IMG/VR virus record: IMGVR_UViG_3300020193_000013
Location: 6,944-70,943 of that record
Reading direction: 5' to 3' (one strand)
Source: a virus
DNA: 64,000 nucleotides
The translations under genes were made by a program, and so were the position numbers. How positions within the stretch are numbered: the first letter of the stretch is position 1; each line of letters begins with the position of its first letter. Shown in pieces: positions 22,601 through 32,078 of the stretch. The notes beneath the pieces are model-generated. The model had not been told where the DNA came from and searched no databases. It worked only from the letters and a program-made list of their open reading frames with translations.

Positions 22601-23325
22601 ATATTTCCAATAGTTCCAGGCTGTTGACATACAACAGGTATATATTCTGATGTTGTTTCACCGTCCAATATTGTGGCAGATATTGTAGTAAAGAAAGAAA
22701 CACTAGTGCTTAGTTGTCCTTGTGGAGTTTGAACTAAAGTACCAGCAGGTATAGTCCTATTATTACCTTGCCCCATAATTACAGTTTCACCTATATTGTG
22801 AAACTTAACTGTTGGAGAAGTTGGGCTTAAATTGATCGAATAGTAGGTTCCGCCAGACTGAGGCGTGATAGAAGTGTACGTTAAGGGTCCTTCGGAATTA
22901 TCGGTACCCCTACCTATATAAATAGTGCCTGCCGAAAGAAACTGAGAAGCATCGGATACATAAATTTTTAAAGAACCCGCAACCGGTGCTGGTTGTCCAG
23001 AATAAACATTTGTTTGAATTTTTTGAAAGCTTAAATCTACTATATTAATGTTACCAGATGAAGGTAACGCTGGAAATATAGGTACATTTTTATCTACTGC
23101 TAACCTTTGAAGCGCCTCGCCTACTGCTCTATCTACCGATAAAGCATCTATCATACTAATTACATCAGCATAAGGTTTATATATAACCTGACCAACAGAT
23201 TCTGCAAGCTGAGTAAGCGTAGAACCTGGGTTAAGATCGTTTACATCTTCAAGCCTAGCAAGCATAGAATCTATAATCAGACCTATGAGTTGCTCTCTTG
23301 TAATAAGTTGAGGTAGATTAGCCAT
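16621..23325 (-). CDS. Very large baseplate J-like wedge protein with inserted domains
   Basis: J-like N-terminus (A.GEAL, GTIGN, FTNGKD.D.D..IR) and C-terminus (YI.TLGVGESV..S.VI); internal W..Y..GD.V.Y modules. Confidence 0.85.
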   Translation of the reverse strand: MANLPQLITREQLIGLIIDSMLARLEDVNDLNPGSTLTQLAESVGQVIYKPYADVISMIDALSVDRAVGEALQRLAVDKNVPIFPALPSSGNINIVDLSFQKIQTNVYSGQPAPVAGSLKIYVSDASQFLSAGTIYIGRGTDNSEGPLTYTSITPQSGGTYYSINLSPTSPTVKFHNIGETVIMGQGNNRTIPAGTLVQTPQGQLSTSVSFFTTISATILDGETTSEYIPVVCQQPGTIGNIYKNAIQLALNLPFTASATNPLPFTNGKDADNDEAIRQRIKDYEQLKAKGTSDSIKAASLNVTSPDELKTTTSSSVVNHSDSSAALVFDDGTGYEPIFSGIGLETVIAEALGGEINLQLRNIPVAQARLKTDVGYPYNIADLSYLSVSVNGVSSIHQFKSADFRVATAATAQEVAASINANSNLNFSANTAGGGKSVVIFPKDPTLNNIKVNTLTSNNANSALKFPFDNEEFTLRLYKNDELLYQDGLPAQLYSKSKSLWSTGIIPNDTLIYNIDNTQDITVTLTNIDFQRINPTSTVNSTESIEVWVKVLNSLMPGVTASVDGDKIKFASNKGLNDLARIEIVGGTLATKIFDTSTALISEGRSSDYTLNRNTSQVGLVEEAPEGDSFTAGSKFTRAKLLTGELPNGISTSGNLWFILDGGSEVIPSGIRGTTQIKFTISGSTVTLNGRNIITPANPEGFEEVQEGDWLLVWTNGSDGLQTNAGFWRIETAAPGQLTFKNALGATTGWITNPPINKILFTRSLAPMQKVSITGPASLSSMQSQVQSQLLGSIVDIVGSRLRISTSTLDSTGEILCVAADENATSLLLSTGQVIKNTTSHVGFNVTDDLTYGIPSFTYDTVSAINLVNSEFTPTLNYIDLKGDTSDYIQFLDQYDIANKSNISESNRLRRVFVKNYDNLTGVITGLVPNYMTAGQSIPQIGDRFFLRKSYQLDCEDSVNVTIDGDSKIKYYSLPVARRLSVNNTIAPTTTSFSADDAQSDLTLNDVNSFNSFNFADFKAWRKAHYNIQDGLTGLDIKISSADFGPSGNLIRFGFLYPSDSTQTSLSYTIDVSDTVDVGIVLPVKSLRTPSWDGTSAFTVSVSPGVNGEEYVTYQYRVGTQPSLITVSAVSTDDIVMISGYSDFLSNNEDLTAIVTGVTPTSFTIKRKTGSSVSDALVFDSISIDGTPSGGFPSGKITLTYSLTHNVSTGDRIGLYDTTASASNPSIRPANSTYFVSSVSGSTITVPINTSIPGGLITSATLTNATFKVYTNVLGLSAGDLVMFRNIGASFSNKVYQVFNVGVGFFECTIDNTAGTFSIGAASRYDFQSYGADVTNASPISSVSRSGSTVTVTLSAAPPYTPSTGDLVQISGLNVQAWSNATTYAIGDVIKYNSLLYKSLQAANLNNQPDITPTFWTLTDESLEGVYIVTNTGPLTFTYKHRSTSGSCSATSGTASKMKSVAKLARCIGGSTDYLKIMSVGSTAQEVIDYAANNMNDIISISNNTGGITSASISVNTENSSSYLTGNIINYTTTKSSRKVVFTTSVVVPKGSTITVSGVSADYNKTYTVLDSITSGGGSLITCQSEKFSNVTSSNAVAGTYLGSLPYIMLYDGANSISTSDLTLNPQFNLKQSWVDAPEIGEEICIVAATKKHLYSLWNRLIVSGIKNVASIENSKYNEELQISSQLLGSLGSVEVIGGTANSSTVALIGSGKFQNNRLGLVNIPYQLRKGLVPGNWISMSQIIQEKKTNGFSDSTVIDVSTTSTIATVTISSGSGQFVTKRNISIDSTTLFKVERHGNFTAFIRINGTSPALYTAGVIEGDWVRIAGVLPQTWSAAKSYVIGNKVKYGISQLRYVSIQNGINQQPDVSPAFWKQYSDYSTSVSYSIGDYTLYGDRLWKALAINTPASPVTPGTDDTVWQKLEFDVGNYGIYRIVRTYGQDAFWVEGNLVEEVTQILDPADMTFYSYDSIMPGDILVVSGDVLGQKNTGQYEVLNDAVDGSSLFPQSSVLYTKAFVENAASKSLSNKVDQFFFLEKKPVKMYKKIVSVGPAEGDLANILVDSPELITRLSSSNGAYLTALNKLNYDTNIHHGIDGYQHYTGLMQEVNKVIYGDPTSSIQYPGVKAAGANVDIKPAIIKKITMSVSVRIKTDLSYSEVQDSVKAAIAGYIATLGVGESVSLSGVIATATNLEGVVSVVITDPTFALGSDLIKVNPDEKALVINPSTDITVTITGT

Positions 23326-23396
23326 TACATGCCTAATTAAATTTCCGTATACTTATAATATTAAGTAAAACCAGAAAAATTAATTAAATTAAATAT

Positions 23397-25985
23397 TTAT
23401 ACACTATTAATTGGAACAGTAGTAGTAACTGGTAAATTTACATTTGTATTTTTTGTGCCTACTAACAAAGTTAAATCTACTGCCGGACCCTTTACTTGTA
23501 AATTACTTACTAGTATACCAGTAAATCTTTCATCTTGCGCAAATAATTGATTTATTTGAGATAAATAATTTTTTGCATTAAAATCCGATATTGAAATGCC
23601 ATCCTTTAATGGATTACCAAAGTTTGCTCTATGCAGCATGGAGCCTTGATAAGTAAAAAGTTTCATTTTTGCGGCCTGGCTTAGATTCGTTAAACCAATA
23701 GCTCTTGCTATGTTTCCGTTTGGTTGCAAAACTAGGTCGCCGCTACTACTCAATAAAAAATCAATTTTAGATAGTTGCGCAATACTATTTAACTGATCAA
23801 GCCCCGGACCTAAGTTTACTTGATCATTGTTAACGGGCTGCTGAGATGATGGTATTGCTATTAGCATTTGAGAATTAACGGTATTTGGTAAATACGCATG
23901 TATTTTAGCTTCGTCAATTAATTTGTATGCTGATAGGTCTAAGTCGCCATCAAAAGAAATTAAAAATTCTGTCTTTGAAAACTCTGTTATTTCTTTTATT
24001 TTAAGTTTTTTAGAAACTTCTGTATTTGAAAGTATTTCTACTACTTGACCAACATATAAATTTTCTCTTGAGTCTAATAAAACGGTATTTTGATTTCCGT
24101 TAGATTTTAATATCAAATAGAACCCTTCTTCGTCTATATACGGGCTTTTTAACCCATTTAAAGCTGCAATTTCAAGCCATCTACCGGAGTTGCCTAAATA
24201 TTGATACGAAAGCGATTCCAAGGTAGTTTCGGTTGGAAATGGAACAAAAAATTTAGATGTGGATTTATTTAAAGCTATTCCATTAGCAACAGCGTAATCA
24301 ATGTAGTAACTGTAATAATCATTTAAACTGCTTTTTGGTTGATTCCTGTAGTAATTAATTAATGTGTCTAAAGTTATAAGTAATGTATTAATTGAATTGG
24401 ACAGCGCAACATCATTTAAATTTATTTTTTTGTTTTGCAAAATTAAACTAGAAACTTTTTTTGAAAAAATAGTTACCGATTTTTTATGTTCTTTAAATGT
24501 GTATATATTTGTTTGTCTTACTTTATCAACTTTTGCATTAATTGCACTTCTTGCTTTCTGATCCAAATCCACCTCATCCATGTCAATTAAATCAAATATT
24601 TTCCAATATTTATATGGATTTTTTTCTATATCTTTTGGTAATATATTTTCCTGAGATTTATTGCTAGCACTTGTTTTGTTTAATTCATTGCTTAATGCGG
24701 AGCTGTTATCAGAATAGCTTCCATAATTAAAGTTATTTTTATTGGTTTCATCTATAACAGATTTAAAAGTTGACCAATTATTTTTAACATGTCCAGATAT
24801 AGACGAACTAAAGCTGCCATTTTTAAATTGATCAATAAAATCTGTTGCAGTTTTTGATAAACCTGTTGCATCTTTAGATAAAAGCATTATCTCATTAATT
24901 GGACCTATAATATTTTCATATAAATCTTGATTGGCACAGCTTACTAGATTTTGTAATGATAAAACTGTTTGTCTTAGACTACTTATTGTTTGCCTAATGG
25001 TTGAAAATAAATCAAATTTACTTGAAGCTGGCATTGAAGCTATTGTAAATGGTTCTTGAAGGTCTGTTGGTGATGCTGCTAGTTTTTTCCATGCTGTTAT
25101 GCTAATTGAATAGTTATATTCGATGCTTCCAGGTATTTTTTGCCATCTAAAGTTGCCTAAAGTAACTTGAAAAAATTGCTTGTCTTTATACATATTAAAG
25201 CCAAGAACAACATTTTTGCCTCCAGCGCTCTTCTTTAATAAAAGATATATTTCAAAAAATCTTAATAATGAATGAAACCAGTAAAAACCAGTTCTTTTTT
25301 TAATTTTATCATCTTGAGAGTTTAACGGATAAAAATTAATTCCACCCAAACCCAAAGCCCGACTTATATTTTGAATTGCATTGGTTCCAGTTTGAACAAC
25401 ATTCTGTATTCCACCAACGGTATTACCTAGTCCGCCATACCTAATTGCATAATCCGCAGCAGTTTTATACCAAGGTTCCGATGAAGCAGCCGAAGACTGC
25501 TCATTAAAAATTGTAGATGCCTGATTTACAATTCCAGTAGAACCAGAAATACTTATATTTCTTAATGGAGCACCATTGCTTTCTTCCACAATACCGTTTA
25601 GTGTTACCGTTAATTGAGATGCTGATGGTATATCCATGCTAAATGCGCTTGGTGGCAACGGTAAAAATATTTCGTAAGTTTTCTTTGCAATAGTTAAAGA
25701 AAAACTATAAGGATAAATTTTTCTAAAATCATTACCATCTATACCAGCAAAAGCAAAAAATAAATCACTGGCAAATAACCCCAAATTACCTTGAAGTTCT
25801 TCAGGATATTGCCAAATTGAATTGGCACTATCAATAGAAGAAACATCAGCTATTTGGGATTCTTGAAACACTTTTGATAATGCATTGCCTGTTGCTTCTG
25901 CACCGAAATTTAATTTGTCATTAACTCTGCTAGTAGCATTTTTAGCTATTCCAGTAATATTTTGATCTCCTGTAAATTTTTCCAT
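23397..25985 (-). CDS. Baseplate protein with LysM-like and C-terminal gp25-like domains
   Basis: TLESLSYQYLG...RWLEIAALNGL..PYI; C-terminal NL.QA....L.T..GS...H.NFG. Confidence 0.7.
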   Translation of the reverse strand: MEKFTGDQNITGIAKNATSRVNDKLNFGAEATGNALSKVFQESQIADVSSIDSANSIWQYPEELQGNLGLFASDLFFAFAGIDGNDFRKIYPYSFSLTIAKKTYEIFLPLPPSAFSMDIPSASQLTVTLNGIVEESNGAPLRNISISGSTGIVNQASTIFNEQSSAASSEPWYKTAADYAIRYGGLGNTVGGIQNVVQTGTNAIQNISRALGLGGINFYPLNSQDDKIKKRTGFYWFHSLLRFFEIYLLLKKSAGGKNVVLGFNMYKDKQFFQVTLGNFRWQKIPGSIEYNYSISITAWKKLAASPTDLQEPFTIASMPASSKFDLFSTIRQTISSLRQTVLSLQNLVSCANQDLYENIIGPINEIMLLSKDATGLSKTATDFIDQFKNGSFSSSISGHVKNNWSTFKSVIDETNKNNFNYGSYSDNSSALSNELNKTSASNKSQENILPKDIEKNPYKYWKIFDLIDMDEVDLDQKARSAINAKVDKVRQTNIYTFKEHKKSVTIFSKKVSSLILQNKKINLNDVALSNSINTLLITLDTLINYYRNQPKSSLNDYYSYYIDYAVANGIALNKSTSKFFVPFPTETTLESLSYQYLGNSGRWLEIAALNGLKSPYIDEEGFYLILKSNGNQNTVLLDSRENLYVGQVVEILSNTEVSKKLKIKEITEFSKTEFLISFDGDLDLSAYKLIDEAKIHAYLPNTVNSQMLIAIPSSQQPVNNDQVNLGPGLDQLNSIAQLSKIDFLLSSSGDLVLQPNGNIARAIGLTNLSQAAKMKLFTYQGSMLHRANFGNPLKDGISISDFNAKNYLSQINQLFAQDERFTGILVSNLQVKGPAVDLTLLVGTKNTNVNLPVTTTVPINSV

Positions 25986-25995
25986 AAGTTTCTCC

Positions 25996-26709
25996 TTAAG
26001 TTACTTTACCTGTGCCCATTCCAATACCTGGAGAAGCACCAGCTCCAGATATAATAACTTTGGCAGTAGATCTATTATGAACAGTGTTTACATAAGAATC
26101 GGCCAATATTTCAGCAAAATTTGGCCAAAACTCTCCATTAAAACTTGGAATTATAGATATTATTGAATTTTTAATATTTAAAGATATTAAACCGCTAAAT
26201 CCACCGTATTTTACCGTTCCCGTTCCTATGCAAATAGGATTATGAACAGAAGTTAAAATTAAATCGGTAAAATAAACTTCTTTTATAGAATCTGCTATAG
26301 CTTTTAATATGGCCACTAGATACCTGCCAGAGTTGTTTTGTGGAGGCGGGTACGGTAAATGAGTAGTCTGTCCAAATTTTCTTATTACTTCAGATCTTAT
26401 TTTTTCGTATGCAATTTTTACCATATATTCACTATCAAAATTTATACTTTTTCCTACACCAACTCCAGATCCACCAAGAGGATTAAATGCACCCACATCA
26501 AAACTTTTATATACTATCATTTTGGTTTCTTTTGCAATTCCGTTACCTAAACCAATACAAAAGTTATTAAAATATTCTGGATTAGGCTGTTCGGCAGGGC
26601 CTCTACCGCTTAATTGCGAAATATTTTCTATCATTTTTTGCCTTATCAGAATACCAAGTTTTACCCCATTAATTGGCATAAAATTAACCTGATCTAACGT
26701 TTTTAACAC
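25996..26709 (-). CDS. Baseplate-region hypothetical protein
   Basis: Follows the spike gene; Gly-rich C-terminus; true start uncertain (possibly MPING). Confidence 0.55.
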   Translation of the reverse strand: MLKTLDQVNFMPINGVKLGILIRQKMIENISQLSGRGPAEQPNPEYFNNFCIGLGNGIAKETKMIVYKSFDVGAFNPLGGSGVGVGKSINFDSEYMVKIAYEKIRSEVIRKFGQTTHLPYPPPQNNSGRYLVAILKAIADSIKEVYFTDLILTSVHNPICIGTGTVKYGGFSGLISLNIKNSIISIIPSFNGEFWPNFAEILADSYVNTVHNRSTAKVIISGAGASPGIGMGTGKVT

Positions 26710-27427
26710 CTATAGATGGAACACCAGTTATTAAATCAACTACAGGGTTTAACGTATCTGTCATAACCGCACCAGAAGATCCGTTTATATTAACCATAGG
26801 TGCGGTAACTGTAACGGGTCCAGATGAATTTAAATTTGTAGTTCCGTTTGATTTAATATTTATGCTTCCAGCAGTTACAGAAGCGCTACCAGATACATTT
26901 ATAGTAGCTTTACCTTTTACTTCAACGTTCCAAGTCTCGCACTCCAAAGTGATTTTTTTATTATCTTTATCTATTGTAATTTTGTCTCCAGATGCATCGT
27001 CTAGTATAATACTATTAGTATTTAATTGAATATTTGTTTTACCAATTAAAGACTTTAAAGAATAATTATTGTCTTTTGATATAAATTCTTCAATATTATT
27101 AAATCTTTTTTTATAATGCTGCCCCAATAACGGGTCAGTCTGACTCCCGTGCAATCTTACAGCCCCTATTATTACACCCAATGTGGTATCGTTATTTATA
27201 AAAGTAACTAAAACTCTTGAGTTTAATTCTAATATATGATCATCAAAATTATTAACCGAACCATATTTTTCAGACAAAATGCAATTTACTGGTATTTGCG
27301 AATAACTGTCTAAAGTTATTTTTACTCTGTAAACGTATTGATAACCATAAAAGTTATTTTTATTATTTGGTGGAAAAATTTTTTCAACCACACCCAAAAA
27401 AACTTTACTGACATCTATTTTCTGCAT
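26684..27427 (-). CDS. Baseplate central spike (gpV/gp5-like)
   Basis: OB-fold-like N-terminus (RVLV.F......VIIG) followed by short beta-strand repeats. Confidence 0.75.
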   Translation of the reverse strand: MQKIDVSKVFLGVVEKIFPPNNKNNFYGYQYVYRVKITLDSYSQIPVNCILSEKYGSVNNFDDHILELNSRVLVTFINNDTTLGVIIGAVRLHGSQTDPLLGQHYKKRFNNIEEFISKDNNYSLKSLIGKTNIQLNTNSIILDDASGDKITIDKDNKKITLECETWNVEVKGKATINVSGSASVTAGSINIKSNGTTNLNSSGPVTVTAPMVNINGSSGAVMTDTLNPVVDLITGVPSIGVKNVRSG

Positions 27428-27430
27428 AAA

Positions 27431-29422
27431 CTATTTCCCATCTTTTTTTGTTTTAGATGTTTCATAGCTGATATGTGATAAAATTTTATTTTTTGAATTT
27501 GGTCCAAGAGCGCTAGAAAAATAAACTGGGGGTTTTTTATCGCTTTCAAGACCTTTTGAGTAAAGTCCGTTTGATAGTTGTAAAGCTGTTGTAAAAGTTT
27601 TAATTCCGTTTGAATTGATTGAACAATTATGTGATACAGATTCTATATGATATACAATATCGTTTATTTGTACGTTATCACCCTCACAAATAGGTTCAAC
27701 AATGCCTTGTAAACTAACGGAACCAGATAATTTTAAATGTCCATTAAACATCCAGTCAGCTCTTTTTTTTGTCCATCTGTTTAAATGATATTCTTCCCCT
27801 TCGCCGCTTGAATAAGTCAAAGAAAATGAATCTTGATGTACATCAGCTCTTAACCCATTTCTAGTTATATCCTTAAAATCAATTATTGAAGATCTATTTA
27901 ATTCATTATATTTTATTGCATCATTTGTAGTTTGTAAGCCGCCCATTAAATCAGAAGATGTTGGATATATTAAACAAAAGTTTACTCTTTTTGATTCATC
28001 TTTAATTAAATTAACAGAACTAATAATTGAATTATTAATCACCCATCTGGGAAGGTTTCCAAAAAAGGTTCTATTAGATGCTAAATCAATTTTTTTATCT
28101 TCTTTTTCCGAGGTTGTATTTTTTGTTGGATCTTTTGCTAAGCTACGATTTGTTTCGGGGCTAGTTTCGTATGTTTTGTTTTCTTGATTTGTTTTATCTA
28201 TATCAGACCAATACTGAATGTTTTCATCTACTGCACCATTTTTAAAAAAATTATACAATCCGGTGCTAAATGGCTTTTCTCTTATTGTTAATGACGGACC
28301 AATACAATTGTTTGGATTAATTCTTAACGAGGTAAACATTTCATTTAAAACATTATGACTAAATTGATTTAATATGTTCCATATAGATTCATTATCCCAT
28401 AAAGGCATTCTCCATTTAACAAAACCTTCGGTTCTTATTGGTGTTCTCCATATTACGTTGTATTTTTGTTTATTTAAATCTATTTTTTCACCCTTGCTTG
28501 TAACAAATGTTTTTTCAAGCATTGGATTAAAAAAAGACCACGGCTTGCTACTACCTTTTGATGAACTATATCTTTGGATTCCACCATAAAAATTATATAT
28601 TTCCCATGCTTCATTTGCTGTTTCCCTGCCTAAAACTTTAGATATCTGTGGCGGTAAAAATATGCTATCTGTATAGCTCCCTGGGATTCCTTTAGATCCT
28701 ATAAAGTCTTCTCTATGTATTCCAAGTAAAAATAAAAAAAGCTGTAATACTATATCATCTGGGCACTTTGAATTTACTGATTCAGAAAAATAAGAATCTA
28801 ATTTTTCATTTAATTGTCTAAATTTTTTTTGAGCTTCTTGCAAACTAAGAACTGCTCCAGGACCTTCATTTTTAATATTATTAAATTCTGCCCCAACTAA
28901 AAGTTCATAAGTAAAATATACAGAATTTGCTAATTCTAAAAAAGATTGACATTGAATGTTTTGAGTAACTGTTATTCTACCGTTTGGAGAAGAAGATAGG
29001 TTAGAAGATACTCTTAAGACCCTGCCAACAAACTTTAATCCAGAACTCCAATTACATAAATCGTTTTTATAATCAGCGTTTAATTTTAGTTTATCTGCCA
29101 AAGAATCAATTTTAGATTTATCATTTGATATCCAAACTACAACCCAATCACCAGGAGATATTTCTGATTCATAATTAAAATCACTAACTTTCATTAAAAG
29201 ATTACATATTTTAGCAAAAGAACTTTTAGAGTTTTCAATGGTTACGGATATGCAATCATTTTTAACTATCACACCACTTGTATCTTTTAACCCCGATTTA
29301 TTACCTTTAGGGTTAAAGGAGGAAACTGGTTGATTAAATTTTACAAAATAAACTAACCACGCTGGATTTATTTGGTGAGAATCTTTCGAATTAGATCCTA
29401 ATATGTAACTTGGATAGTTCAT
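27431..29422 (-). CDS. Baseplate hub protein
   Basis: Position after tape measure; C-terminal GD...YHIESVSH...FTT.L.LS.G typical of hubs. Confidence 0.7.
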   Translation of the reverse strand: MNYPSYILGSNSKDSHQINPAWLVYFVKFNQPVSSFNPKGNKSGLKDTSGVIVKNDCISVTIENSKSSFAKICNLLMKVSDFNYESEISPGDWVVVWISNDKSKIDSLADKLKLNADYKNDLCNWSSGLKFVGRVLRVSSNLSSSPNGRITVTQNIQCQSFLELANSVYFTYELLVGAEFNNIKNEGPGAVLSLQEAQKKFRQLNEKLDSYFSESVNSKCPDDIVLQLFLFLLGIHREDFIGSKGIPGSYTDSIFLPPQISKVLGRETANEAWEIYNFYGGIQRYSSSKGSSKPWSFFNPMLEKTFVTSKGEKIDLNKQKYNVIWRTPIRTEGFVKWRMPLWDNESIWNILNQFSHNVLNEMFTSLRINPNNCIGPSLTIREKPFSTGLYNFFKNGAVDENIQYWSDIDKTNQENKTYETSPETNRSLAKDPTKNTTSEKEDKKIDLASNRTFFGNLPRWVINNSIISSVNLIKDESKRVNFCLIYPTSSDLMGGLQTTNDAIKYNELNRSSIIDFKDITRNGLRADVHQDSFSLTYSSGEGEEYHLNRWTKKRADWMFNGHLKLSGSVSLQGIVEPICEGDNVQINDIVYHIESVSHNCSINSNGIKTFTTALQLSNGLYSKGLESDKKPPVYFSSALGPNSKNKILSHISYETSKTKKDGK

Positions 29423-29436
29423 AAATATTTTTTAAA

Positions 29437-31611
29437 TTATGGTTTAGTTGGACCAATCATTGGTGTACTCGCCATCCAGTCAGCAAATTCATCAGCCCAG
29501 CTTTTTTTGCCAGCGGCTTCCAATTCTTTTGGAAGATCCCTTATTCTTTTAGCCGTCGCCTCTAATCCGCTTGCAACTTCCTCAGTTATCCCCTTTCCTA
29601 ATTGCCGTAATTGTTCGTCCGCAGTTAACCCAGCGCCAGTTACTTGAGCTTTTCTTTGTGCTACTATATCAACTGGCGACGGCGCAACTTCTGTTGATAC
29701 ATCAGAAATTACACTTTTTGTAGCTGCAGATGTAAATAAATCACCTTTAGCGGCAGCTTCGGTTCCAGATAAAACATTTTCAAATCTTCTAGCTTTAATT
29801 AATTCCGATTCCGGTGCTATACCTAATGAAGCAGCGGCAGAAGACCTGGCCCAATCTTTAAATGTTTTTACTCCCTGTGTTTTAACAAATTTACCTTGTG
29901 AAAATGCAACAGGATCTAAACCTGACTCTAAAACAGCTTTTGCGGCCCTTTCTCCGCCCATCATTTCAACAGAAAATTTTTGAAACTTTTCCATTGTTCC
30001 AGCCGTCATACCTAAAATATCTTCTGGAGATAAATTTTTTCCAGTGTAATTGTTAATCATTTCAATAGCTTTATCTGATTGTCCAGTTTTAAACATTTCA
30101 ACTAAAATCGCAATAAATTTTGGATTTGTAATTCCTACTTTTCTTAGGGTATCTGCTATTGAAAAATATTGTGCATCCAAAGCCTCGTTACCTTGTCCAC
30201 CCTTTAATAGTCTTGCAACGTCTTGTATATTTTGAGCTTGGAGTTCTGGAGTTAACCCATCCTTAGATAAAATTTTTGCCGCTTCAACTAAGGGTGCGGC
30301 AGACGATGCAACAGTTGCATATGGGTTTGCGGCAACTTCTAAAGCCGCTTTTCCTATAAGATCGGAATAAATTGGAGTTTCAGCTCTAGCTGTGCCAGAA
30401 CCCATTTGCCTTAAAATTCTATTCATCGATTCAATTGATGTTTCACCAATTGACCTTCCTCTATAACCAAAGGTCATAGCTGCTTTGGAGGCAGCGCCGC
30501 TATACATAAATCTTCTACTGGTTCCAATGGTGTACTCAGGAATATCCATCATTCCTATACCCATGTTTAAACCTAAAGCTTGTGTACCTGCAATATCTTC
30601 AAGAGTATACCTTCCAGATTGTAATAAAGGGGATAAAATATTTGTTCCTAAAGTTTGTCCGTAAAGTCTATAAGTTTCATTGAAAGCATCATATCCAGTC
30701 ATAGCGGCTGGTACAAATTCTTGAAACCTTACCCCATAAAGTTCTTTGTCTACGTCTTGCTTTGTTTTTACATATTGACCACGAATTAGTTCTGGACTTA
30801 AAACGGATGATAATTGTTGAAAACCTTTATCAAAACTACCGGTTATTATATTACCTAAACCAGATAAAACATTACCTAAACCAGTAGTTGCATATGCTGC
30901 ACCATAAACTCCTGGCCCACGTTCTTCTGCAGTGCTTCCTAATCCTACACCTAAAGTTTTTAAAGTAGCTAAAGTAATATCCCCGCTAGCGGCTTCTGTT
31001 GACACTCTCATTCTGTATCTTTGTCGTTCCGCTTCTTGCGATTCAAAAACTTGGCCCGTTGCAAACAAATCAAGTGCCCTTAGTCCAGCAGCGGCTGCTA
31101 GACCACCCGCAATATACGGAGAAGCAGATGCGCCAAAAGACCTCATCTGTCTCATCATTCCAGGTATTCCCATGCCGCCACCACCTGCCCCACCCGCTGC
31201 CACCCCACCACCTGCACCACCACCGCCGCCCGCTCCACCACCTGATAAAATACTAGAAATTATTTGCTGGTTTGCTGAAAAGGAAGTTGGCGGAGTAAAC
31301 CCGCCCGAAGCTGAGAACATTTGGGATACGTTTTGACCCCCGCTGACCGCACCTGCCCCAGTAGTAACAAACAGATTTTGAATCGCAGAAGCTAAACTAT
31401 TTACTTGCTGTATTGCACTTCCTGTTTTACTTGAAAGTATTGTATTGATAAAATTATTAAATGCTGTTCCGCCGTTTTTATCTAAATTTTCAGTAGAAAT
31501 TTTTATGTTTTGAATTTTTTCATCTATTTCTTCAAGCATTTTTAATGCTTTTGACGCACTTGCCTCGTCAACGGTAAAAGAAATCTTTATACTCTTTTGT
31601 TCATCTGGCAT
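29437..31611 (-). CDS. Tape measure protein
   Basis: 724 aa, Ala/Gly-rich helical, poly-Gly tract; follows two chaperone-sized genes. Confidence 0.75.
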   Translation of the reverse strand: MPDEQKSIKISFTVDEASASKALKMLEEIDEKIQNIKISTENLDKNGGTAFNNFINTILSSKTGSAIQQVNSLASAIQNLFVTTGAGAVSGGQNVSQMFSASGGFTPPTSFSANQQIISSILSGGGAGGGGGAGGGVAAGGAGGGGMGIPGMMRQMRSFGASASPYIAGGLAAAAGLRALDLFATGQVFESQEAERQRYRMRVSTEAASGDITLATLKTLGVGLGSTAEERGPGVYGAAYATTGLGNVLSGLGNIITGSFDKGFQQLSSVLSPELIRGQYVKTKQDVDKELYGVRFQEFVPAAMTGYDAFNETYRLYGQTLGTNILSPLLQSGRYTLEDIAGTQALGLNMGIGMMDIPEYTIGTSRRFMYSGAASKAAMTFGYRGRSIGETSIESMNRILRQMGSGTARAETPIYSDLIGKAALEVAANPYATVASSAAPLVEAAKILSKDGLTPELQAQNIQDVARLLKGGQGNEALDAQYFSIADTLRKVGITNPKFIAILVEMFKTGQSDKAIEMINNYTGKNLSPEDILGMTAGTMEKFQKFSVEMMGGERAAKAVLESGLDPVAFSQGKFVKTQGVKTFKDWARSSAAASLGIAPESELIKARRFENVLSGTEAAAKGDLFTSAATKSVISDVSTEVAPSPVDIVAQRKAQVTGAGLTADEQLRQLGKGITEEVASGLEATAKRIRDLPKELEAAGKKSWADEFADWMASTPMIGPTKP

Positions 31612-31631
31612 AACTATTTGAAATAAATAGA

Positions 31632-32072
31632 CTAATCGCTATCAATGTCATCACTAAATGACAAATCGCTTAAGTCGCCTTGTTCCGGTATGTCTAATAG
31701 ATTAAGTTCTTCTGGAAGAGTTTGAGATTGTTCACTTTTTTGTTCTTCCTCAACTTGACGCTGCATTTCTTTAACCCACTCTTCGTCCTCATCTTCAGCT
31801 TCTTTTAGTTCTTCCTCATATATAATATTTTGCCTAGCTTCCTCATAAAGCTTACGTTGTTCATCATCGTTACTTTCCAGCATTTCCTTAAAGCGTTCTT
31901 CAAACCATATTTGTAATATTTCTTCTTCTGAATATTCGTCAACTTTATTTAAAGGAATGGAAAATGTTTTAGAAAACCACCTACAAATAAATCTAAACTG
32001 ATCTTCATACGTAGGATTTTCTATGGCCTTAATAGCCAATATTTGAATTGCTTTTAGTGTTTTTGAATCCAC
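31632..32072 (-). CDS. Tail assembly chaperone 2
   Basis: Acidic protein immediately upstream of tape measure; GTG start. Confidence 0.6.
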   Translation of the reverse strand: MDSKTLKAIQILAIKAIENPTYEDQFRFICRWFSKTFSIPLNKVDEYSEEEILQIWFEERFKEMLESNDDEQRKLYEEARQNIIYEEELKEAEDEDEEWVKEMQRQVEEEQKSEQSQTLPEELNLLDIPEQGDLSDLSFSDDIDSD

Positions 32073-32078
32073 TTTTCA

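Noticed and set aside
30932-31336. Pro-rich and His-rich plus-strand ORFs
   Set aside because: Antisense to the poly-Gly tract of the tape measure gene
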